Made by a program: the position numbers and the translations under genes. A stretch of 64,000 nt of DNA from Octopus vulgaris (Eukaryota). Location: contig OX597834.1 of the NCBI GenBank assembly GCA_951406725.2, positions 42,346,001 through 42,410,000 on the forward strand, in the 5' to 3' direction. Of this stretch, positions 54,296-64,000 are shown in pieces; position 1 is the first letter of the stretch, and the number at the start of each line of letters is the position of its first letter. The notes beneath the pieces were generated by a model. The model was given only the letters and a program-made list of their open reading frames with translations. It made no database searches and was not told where the DNA came from.

Positions 54296-54453
54296 CAACG
54301 GGCTTCTTTCAGTTTCCGTCTACCAAATCCACTCACAAGGCTTTGGTCGGCCCGAGGCTATAGTAGAATGCACTTGCTCAAGGTGCCACGCAGTGGGACT
54401 GAACCCGGAACCATATGGTTGGTAGACAAGCTACTTACCACACAGCCACTTCT
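54015..54453 (-). mobile_element. SINE family B, full length with internal microsatellite
   Basis: tRNA-like head, CORE-like ggcaccttgagcaagtg segment, internal (TA)n(TG)n, tail (gtaaaaga)n. Confidence 0.93.
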
Positions 54454-55481
54454 GGCGACAATTTTTATAGAAAATCTGTAGAGATAATGTTAGAAAGGGA
54501 TTTAATTACGCTGTCAACTCAGTAGGATACAATGTTGACTTATGAAGCGTTTGATTGCTTTTCTAGTATATTGTGGTTGCGTAACGAAATGTGGTGTCCC
54601 TACGAGTCGTTAATATCATATTTACTCAGCTTAATCTGCTTGTCACTGGAGAGTAGGATCTTTCTTAAGAAAATCATCATGAGTGTGAGTTTGAGTGTGT
54701 TTGTGTGTGCGCGTGTGTGTCTTTGTGTGCGTGTGTGAAAGCAAATATAGACCCATGGTCAAAGTGATTCTTTCAGTGGCAATACGCTTGAGTTTAGGCA
54801 AAGAGATTCGCATATCAGGCAATTATCATTTGCCCTAGGTTCTAACCCTAACCCTAGGCACGTGAGTGAAGTTAGCAGCACCGAATCCCATCGGATGGAC
54901 TGCTACTCAGAATTTGAACGCTCAGTCTTTCCATATTCAAGTCAAGCAGATTCTATTTAAGGATTGCGTTAAGGTTACACATGTTTGCAGGACAATCGGT
55001 TCAATAAATATTAGCTCAATCAATCGGGACCTCTGCCGTTCGATCAGTTGATATAATCATCATGTAAAGCAACGAGGATCGAATTACGCTATACCTGGGT
55101 ATAAAAGTGTGAGTGTATGTGTATGTATTTGTTGGAAGGTAAGTTTTAATAATGGAGTTTCCTCTTTTCATGTAAGTGAATCCATAGGGTGAGTACAGCA
55201 TTTGTGGTTTTGAATATAATGTATGTAGTTGTAATTTGTGTGGGGTACCACATTACAAATGTGTTTATATGTGAATGTGTGTGTACGTGTACACACATAC
55301 ATACACACATACACACATAAATGTAACTTAATATGTATGCGTGCGTTTGTGTTCTGTTACGTTCAATTTTCTGTATAATGAAATACATGCACACACGCAT
55401 ATGCACACAAACTTAGACACACATATATAAATGTATGTACACGCACACACACACATACGTAGATATAAAAGTTTGAATATG

Positions 55482-55518
<37 letters not shown>

Positions 55519-55754
55519 ATATAGATACATGTATGTAGATTTATGTACGTTTATATAAGCATATATATTTGCATACTTGCATTTAGACGTCATTGCTTAG
55601 GTGTGTGTGTGTGTGTATATGTATGCCTGTATGAATTTGCAAATGTCTATAGGTGTGTCTGTGTGTGTGCATACATACATACATACATACATATGTATAT
55701 ATATATATATATATAATAATAATAAACCTTTACATATATAAATACACGAAGGGA

Positions 55755-55791
<37 letters not shown>

Positions 55792-55854
55792 CATATGCAC
55801 GTGTCACCATAAATTTATATATACATACAGGCACATAGAAACGTATGTATATAG

Positions 55855-55909
<55 letters not shown>

Positions 55910-56632
55910 CCCGCATATATATTTGTGTGTGTGGACATAAGACTGCGTATATGCTTTTCAAGTGCGTGTATATGTACGCATGTATGTATGTATGTATGTA
56001 TGTATGTATGTATGTATTTATGTATGTATGTATGTATGTATGTATGTATGTATGTATGTATGTATGTATGTATGTATGTATGTATGTATATGTGTATGTG
56101 TGTGTGTGTCTGTAGGTGTTAATGGTCGCTTGTTACACTTTTCAAGCAGAAAATTGAATGTGCGTCGTAAGGTAGAAATTTATTTCAAATTTTAATGTTA
56201 TAACTTCGTAGTTGTTGTTGTTATTGTTGCTAATGTTGTCGTCACTGTTTCGTCAGTAGTTGTTATTTCTGTTGCTATTGTTGCTAATGTTCATTTCATC
56301 GCTGTTTTTGTTGCTGACGATGATTGTTGGTTGTTTGTGTTTTTTTTTTCGCGCTATTTTCTTATTTTCTTTTTTTCGTTTCTTAGTTTCGCTTTAAATT
56401 GTTCATGTAGATTTGAACTTTCCACTAATATGCGTCCATTTGGAAGTGATCGCACATAAGGAAGTGGCAGTCGTATGGGGCGGGGGTCGGGGAGATAGGA
56501 AGAGAGTAAATTAGAGAGAGAAAGAGTGACAATGAAAGACGGTGAGAGAGAGAGAGAGAGTGTGTAGGTGCGATTTTAGGTGAGAAACGTGTTCGTGTCC
56601 GTGTGTATGTATGTAAGTGTATGTATGCGTAA

Positions 56633-56664
<32 letters not shown>

Positions 56665-56774
56665 AAGAGATGAGAGGGGGAGACTGAAATTTAGCGTGTA
56701 TATCTGCCTAAAAATTAAAAAAAATAATACACACAATTTTTATACACACGCGCACACGAACAAGTGCACACATA

Positions 56775-56849
<75 letters not shown>

Positions 56850-57077
56850 ATATATTTGTATATATATATATATGTGCATACCCACATACATATATGTAGC
56901 AAGTTGAACAGATTTGAACCAGGTAAAGGTGCAACGCGTATGCGTACACACAGATGAATGTGTGTGTATATATGTGTATATATGCATATATATATATGTA
57001 TGTATATATATACATACACACACATATATATATATATATATACATACACACACATATACACACACAAACAAAAAGGC

Positions 57078-57122
<45 letters not shown>

Positions 57123-57378
57123 GGAGCGAATCCTAAATTTAAGCCTCATCAATTTAAACGGGTCGGGGGATGAAAGGGCGAACCATTGTCCAGTTTTATA
57201 CTGTAACTATTCACCATATTAGCAGTTGGTTCAGTTGATCTGATTTCACACGAGGAAACATGTCACTCGACTCTAATTGTCGCCATTCTGGAAGATCTTT
57301 TATTAAAATTTTATTCCTGATCACGAAATATTTCCTCGTAATTTTTAGTCAGAACTTCTGAATCAAGAACTCCGATTT

Positions 57379-57417
<39 letters not shown>

Positions 57418-57825
57418 ATTTTTCTCTTTCTTTCTTTCTTTCTTTCTTTTCATTTCTTTTCTTTTCTTTTCTTTTCTTTCGTTCTTCCTGTCTCTTTCTT
57501 TGTTCTTTCTTCCATTTCTATTTTCATTCGATTCTTTATTCATTTCTCTCTAATAAGCGATCTCATTCTCTCTTTATTTCTATTGTTTTTCCTTACCTTT
57601 TTTTTCCAGCCATTTAGCCGAATCGTAAGAACCGTCGGTTAGATTGACTTGCGTCACTCGTTCCGGTTCCCTGCAATCCGCGTTCAAATAACACCGATAA
57701 CAATACCACTTGTCTTTTCATGGGCCTAGGGCGACATTCGTAGGCACGGTGTTTCGACTAAGGGGACAAAATAATGTCGAAACAACGGATGTCGTAAAGT
57801 CTCCTTATATTCTTTTCGCTTTAGT

Positions 57826-58025
57826 CTTTTACTTGTTTCAGTCATTTCACTGCGCCCATGCTGGAGCACTGCGTTTAGTCGAACAAATCTACCCCAGGAC
57901 TTATTCTTTGTAAGCCTAGTAATTATTCTATCGTTCACTTTTGCCGTACCGCTAAGTTACGGGGACGTGAACACACCAGCATCGGTTGTCAATCGATGTT
58001 GGGGGACAAGCACAGACACAAACAC

Positions 58026-58088
<63 letters not shown>

Positions 58089-58256
58089 ATATATATACAT
58101 ATATATACGACGGGCTTCTTTCAGTTTCCGTCTACCAAATCCACTCACAAAGATTTGGTCGGCCCGAAGCTATAGTAGAAGACACTTACCCAAGGTGCCA
58201 CGCAGTGGGAGTGAACTAGAAACCATGTTGTTGGTAAGCAAGCTATTTACTTACCA
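57826..58256 (-). mobile_element. SINE family B, near full length
   Basis: Same architecture as 54015-54453. Confidence 0.92.
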
Positions 58257-58259
58257 AAA

Positions 58260-58812
58260 TAGTTCTGGAGTCCTGGATTCTGCGGCCAGTCTCCAGGATT
58301 TAGCTCCTGCACGTAATGGGGTTCCTACGGACGAAAATTTAATTATTTTGGCAACACCATAAGTATTGTGTGTCTTATTACTTCCTTTTCACGAGCTGCT
58401 TGAGGGGTTGATTTTTACGGGTTAGGATTAAATACTTCCTGCACTGTTGCCTCGTTCTCCACTGATCGGGATATGGTTGTATGGCCACTTCTTCTTACAT
58501 CGTTCACAGAGCCCGTGGTCATCAGCTTTGCATGACAACTTTTTGTTCTCTCCGGACGTGTTGCATGTTTAACATTCCATGTCTGAAACAAATCAGTGGA
58601 ATTCCACACTTCATAACGGGCTGCCATCTTAGCTCGCTCCTGAACAATCAAACGACTGGCCATCTGGAAAATAAGAAATAACAAATAAGACAATATGAAA
58701 AAAAAACTCCTTTAGTGTTGTCTTTATAAAAAATGTCTTCAGGATGACTCCGATTATACTAAGAATTCTACAAGCAATTTTTAATGCCTAGTTACTTTCC
58801 ATTTACCCTGTA
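58260..58812 (-). mobile_element. 5' fragment of a Tc1/mariner-superfamily transposon (HTH N-terminus)
   Basis: TIR-like tacagggtaaatggaaagtaact next to a TA run; MASRLIVQERAKMAARYE...KLMTTGSVNDVRRSG...SRSVENEATVQEVF resembles the HTH plus TGSVxD..RSGRP linker of DD37D/DD41D-type transposases. Confidence 0.75.
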
Positions 58813-58823
58813 TATATATATAC

Positions 58824-59102
58824 TTAAAATAATAAGGGTGTAAAATTGAATATAAATTTGGTTAATATCAATTTAAAACCAGTGGTCTAGCATATAGAAA
58901 GATCTGAAGATTCAGAAAAATCATATTACATACATATAAGGCAGATGACCACTAACTGGACATCCATTATGCTAGAGGTAGAACCCATATGGTCTGACCA
59001 CTAAGAAAAGATTTTTCTCAAGAAAATTCAGTAAAAGCGTTTGCATAATGCATGTCCACTTAGTAGTCATCCCTCTTATATTTATATCTGTATCTATATC
59101 TG

Positions 59103-59183
<81 letters not shown>

Positions 59184-59502
59184 TTCAAATAATAAGGGTG
59201 ATAATTGAATATCAATTTGATTATTATCAATTTAAAACCAGTGGTCTAGCATATAGAACAATCTGAAGATTCAGAAAAATTATATTACATACGTATAAGG
59301 GGGGTGACCACTAAGTGGACATCCATTATGCTAGAAGTCGACCTCCTATGTGATTAATCTATATATTTTGTATCTTTTCATTAGTTTTGATCGCTTACGT
59401 TCTGGCGTATGCTAAATTTTCTTGAGAACATTCCTTTCTTAATGGTAAGACAATAGGGGCTCGACTTCTAGCATAATGGATGTCCACTTAGTGGTCATCC
59501 CG

Positions 59503-59508
<6 letters not shown>
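58824..59508. mobile_element. Two family E elements, each with a partial inverted copy, separated by (TCTA)n
   Basis: 58824-59082 and 59184-59508 share sequence; gtggacatccattatgctagaag is inverted as cttctagcataatggatgtccac. Confidence 0.75.
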
Positions 59509-59547
<39 letters not shown>

Positions 59548-59551
<4 letters not shown>

Positions 59552-59765
59552 AATCCAAAAGAACGAAGAACAAACACACAAAAAAAACAACAACAATGCG
59601 AGGACGTGGTACATGTAAAGTATTAGCAGACGCTCAGGGAATGAAAGTAAGATGGTTTAACGTTTCGAGCAAAGCTCTTCATCAGAAACAGAGGAAAGTC
59701 CAAAAGAAGGGAAGACGGAGGGGAAAAAATAGCCAACAATTCACAAGTGGTTACATTTTGAAATG
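59548..59765 (-). mobile_element. Family D-related element
   Basis: gtattagcagacgctcagg shared with family D; starts at (TA)n. Confidence 0.7.
59655..59689 (-). ncRNA. Minimal type I hammerhead motif, canonical CUGAUGA core
   Basis: GUUU-CUGAUGA-A-GAGC(UUU)GCUC-GAA-ACGU-U-AAAC. Confidence 0.75.
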
Positions 59766-60265
59766 ATTTGAAATGTAATATATACACGTTATCTATTTAA
59801 AGGACACAAGACTTGTCTTTAAGTACTAATATTGGTTTCACAGTTGACGCCTGCTTAGCGTAACGCTACCTGACAGCGTGGAGTATGCCATGAAGAATTG
59901 ACATTCAGTGTGTTTGTGTGTGCGAATGTGTGCGTGCGTGTGTATGTTTGTGTATGCGTGTGTCTGCGTTACAGTGCGTGTGTGCTCGTGGGGAGCGCGA
60001 GTTTGCACGACTGTGTCGGTATGCGTGTAGTTTACAAGCACTGTGTCGGTATGCGTGTAGTTTACAAGCACGTGTATATACGTATACATGTCAGTATATA
60101 TATATATACATAAATACACATTTAATTCTATGTATTTGTCTATTATGTGTGTGTGTGTATAAACACATCTTTACATATATACATACACATAAAACGCACA
60201 TGTGTGTATGTATGTATATATATATATACATATATGCATACATACATACATACATGCATATAAAT

Positions 60266-60298
<33 letters not shown>

Positions 60299-60763
60299 CG
60301 TGTATATATTCTTTTACTTTTTTCAGTCATTTGACTCCGGCCATGCTGGAGCATGCATTGAGGAATATTAGTCGAACGAATCGTACATATACATACATAC
60401 ACATATATATGCATGTATGTATATGTACAAGTGTATATATGCATGCACGTACAACCGTCCACTTACATATACACGGACATTCAATTTTGCTACTAGAATG
60501 TGCTAAGTTAATTATGAGAAATGAACAATAAATATGTGACGGAGGGTTGGGTGAGTATACCGTAGGGAAGTAATCGTTGAAATGGAAGGTTTTACATCAT
60601 TAGCTATGATACCGTTAGCCCTCCTCCTTCGTCTCCCTCTCTAAAGACACACACACACATGTATAAATGTAATATGTATATAAATGCAAATGTATATATA
60701 TATATATATATACACATACTGACACACATATATCATATATACACATACTCACATACATATATC

Positions 60764-60813
<50 letters not shown>

Positions 60814-60900
60814 GTGTGTTTGTGTGTGTGTGTATATATATATATTTATATATATAAAGTAAATACATATATCTATAATGTATATACACACACATATCGT

Positions 60901-60945
<45 letters not shown>

Positions 60946-61103
60946 TCATGCATATCTATAACGTATATACATACGCATATCGTTGTGTGTGTGTATATAT
61001 ATATGTATATATATATATACTCATGCATATCTTTGTGTGTGTATATACACATACACATGCATATCTTTGTGTATGTACATACACATGCATATCTTTGTGT
61101 ATG

Positions 61104-61138
<35 letters not shown>

Positions 61139-61509
61139 TTATAAAATGTATTTTTATGCACACCAATAGACGCAGCTCCTTCGTTAAATTTCAACTGGAA
61201 TAAACTCCCGAATGTGAATTTTTTTTTATTAATTGAAATCTGAGTTTAAACAAGCGGAGGTCACGAACCAGAGTTATAAGGATTCGTGATCCCCGCTCAA
61301 AAAAAATCATAAAACTGCTTAATATTCGTTGTGTATTAGATTAATGAATAATTGGCGTAAATATAGATTCCCTGATTGGCATTTGAAAAAATAATTTAGC
61401 GTCTCCCCATATTTAAATGTGTTTACGCATATAGAGTAATATATGCATGCTTGACCGCGTCGTATATGGATATTAAATACGTGTGAGCGAGGGAGAGAGG
61501 AGAATTAGG

Positions 61510-61554
<45 letters not shown>

Positions 61555-61620
61555 TATAAATACACATAATCTACATATATAAATATGTATGTATATTTTG
61601 TAGATATAAATATATATATA

Positions 61621-61680
<60 letters not shown>

Positions 61681-61749
61681 GATATATACATATATATATA
61701 TATATGTATACATATATAGATATATACATATGTATATGTACATATATAG

Positions 61750-61796
<47 letters not shown>

Positions 61797-61904
61797 TATT
61801 CATATATATATATATGTATACATAGATAGATAAATGGATAGATAAATACATGATTATATATATATTTGTGTATACCCATTATATATATATTTGTATGTGT
61901 ATAC

Positions 61905-61956
<52 letters not shown>

Positions 61957-62018
61957 CCTATACATACACATATATGTGTATGTATGTATATATATATATA
62001 TATACCTATACACACCCT

Positions 62019-62057
<39 letters not shown>

Positions 62058-62587
62058 AGAGAAAGAGAGGGAGGTGTAAAAAATATGCATTGTAATGTCA
62101 GTGTATGTTTGTATAACAGATGAGCATGTGCAAATGAATAAGTAAATTGTTTAACATTCATATGGTCCGGGTTTCGATTCCACTTGCCGTGCTTTACGTA
62201 AGTGTAATTCCATAGCTTCGAATCGACCAACGTCTTATAAATAACATTGATTCGTTGGAAACTGGGAAACTATCTGAAAGCCCATCATGTGACTATACCA
62301 CATAGAATAATGTGTACAATCTATATGAGGGTTAAATTATTAGTACAAGGTTGGTATACTGAGCCACTAAAAATTTTATAAGCATAATTTTAATTTTAAG
62401 AGCTTGTGTTTCCGCTTGTTAGTGTCAAGATTACGTTGTTGTTACATATGTGCCCAGAAGCCTTTGACCTTTACGCCCCAATACAAGAAAACGTGTATGG
62501 CATTAACATTTATTACACTCTGTATTATAATAACTGGTGTTGTTCCACACAGCTTATTTATATCAACACAAACTAAGCCTAAGCATA

Positions 62588-62724
62588 TAGGCACAGACTT
62601 GGGTGTGTGGTAAGAAGTTAGCTTGCCACCTACATGGTCCCGGGTTCAGTTCCACTGTGAGTTGATTTGGTAGATGAAAATTGAAAGAAGCCTATTGTAT
62701 GTATATCTATCTATCTATGTATAC

Positions 62725-62780
<56 letters not shown>

Positions 62781-63110
62781 ATATAGTTAATCCAAACATG
62801 AACAAAGAAAAAACATAACGACGCGAGGACGTGGAACAAATATAGTGTTATTGGACGCTCAGGAAAGGAAAGAAAGTGTGTGTGTGTATGTGTGTGTGTG
62901 TGTGTGTGTGTATGTATATATGCATGGATATATGTGTGTTTGTGTCTGTGTGTGAGTGTGTCTTTGTGTCTTGTTTGTTCCCTCCCCCATCGCTTGACAA
63001 CCGGTGTTGGTGGGTTTATATTCCCTCAACTTAGCTGTTCAGCTAAAGAACCCGATAGAGTAAGTACCAAGCTGTAACAAGTTATTCCTGGGGTCGATTC
63101 GTGCAACTAA
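62588..63110 (+). mobile_element. SINE family B with a family D fragment (62785-62875) nested in its internal microsatellite
   Basis: B head, (TA)n, agttaatccaaac...gacgctcagg (matches 59548-59638), (TG)n, B tail. Confidence 0.75.
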
Positions 63111-63351
63111 ATCTTCTTCACCGTAAGGACGGACGAAATGCCGCTAAGTATTTCTACCCCGGTCTGCTAACGATTCTTCCAGATCGTCGCCTTAAAAGTA
63201 ACAATCTATAACAGATGTAAAGACAATGTTGTGCAGTGAACAGAGTACACTGTAGATTTTAGTCAAGTACAATCATGTTCTGAGTTCAAATCTCAGCAGT
63301 GTGAAATTAGCTTGTATTTATTTCTTGATGAAATAAAGAAGTGTCATTCTT

Positions 63352-63792
63352 TTCTTTTCTACTCCAAGCACAAGGCCCGAAATTTTTGGGGAGGAGGCGA
63401 GTCGATTAGATCGACCCCAGTACGCAACTGGTACTTAATTTATCGACTCCGAAAGGATGAAAGGCAAAGTCGACCTCGGCGGAATTTGAGCTCAGAACGT
63501 AAAGACAGACGAAATACAGCTAAGCATTTCGCCCGGCGTGTTAACGTTTCTGCCAGCTCATCGCCTTAATAAATATTCTTTTCTACTCTAGGCCCAAGGC
63601 CCAAAATTTTGGGGAGGGGGCGCCAGTCGATTACATTGACTCCAGTGCGAAACTGGTACTTAATTTATCGACTCCGAAAGGATGAAATGCAATGTCGACC
63701 TCGACGGAATTTGAACTCAGAACGTAAAGACAGACGAAATACAGCTAAGCATTTCGCCCGGCCTGCTGACGTTTCCGCCAACTCGCCGCCTT
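63352..63792 (-). mobile_element. Two tandem SINE A copies (tail type 2)
   Basis: 63352-63568 and 63576-63792 are highly similar, both followed by ttaataaa. Confidence 0.92.
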
Positions 63793-64000
63793 AATAAACA
63801 TTGAAAACGTGAATCAGTTGTACTGTTCGCCCAGAATTTATCGCTGTGAACTAAGTTTAAAAATTATTGCGGTTCCCATAAAGTTAATATATAAAAAAGC
63901 TTCAGATTTTATCAAGATTTGAAAGGTTCGATATGTAAATTATGGTTGGGAAATAACAACGAAATTGAAGAATCTTAGAGAAATATCGAAGACGGATGGA

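Noticed and set aside
54842-54858. ctaaccctaaccctag telomere-like repeat
   Set aside because: Only about 2.5 units; too short to call an interstitial telomere.
60005-60071. Tandem duplication of about 30 bp (also about 70 bp at 19390-19530)
   Set aside because: Ordinary slippage in TG/CA-rich sequence.

Overview
This is AT-rich eukaryotic non-coding DNA, most likely from an octopus (cephalopod). That call rests on my recollection of octopus tRNA-derived SINEs and the extreme microsatellite density; it was not checked by search. No intact protein-coding gene is supported. Nearly all ORFs in the track are translations of microsatellites or SINEs. The window holds three tRNA-derived SINE families (A, B, C; dozens of copies), five Tc1/mariner relics (DD34D mariner, DD37D maT-type, a MITE), two RTE-type LINE 3' fragments and many simple repeats. 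Two signals stand out. (1) About 13 minimal type I hammerhead-ribozyme-like motifs from at least 7 unrelated short repeat families, many beside (TA)n tracts and in direct or inverted repeats, as expected for Penelope-like terminal repeats or retrozymes. Their cores show three Watson-Crick versions of the 3-8 pair (C-G, U-A, G-C). (2) An RTE-like LINE C-terminus with three tandem C2H2 zinc fingers, partly hidden by an in-frame stop. All structures were folded by eye, ribozyme activity is untested, and coordinates of decayed elements are approximate.
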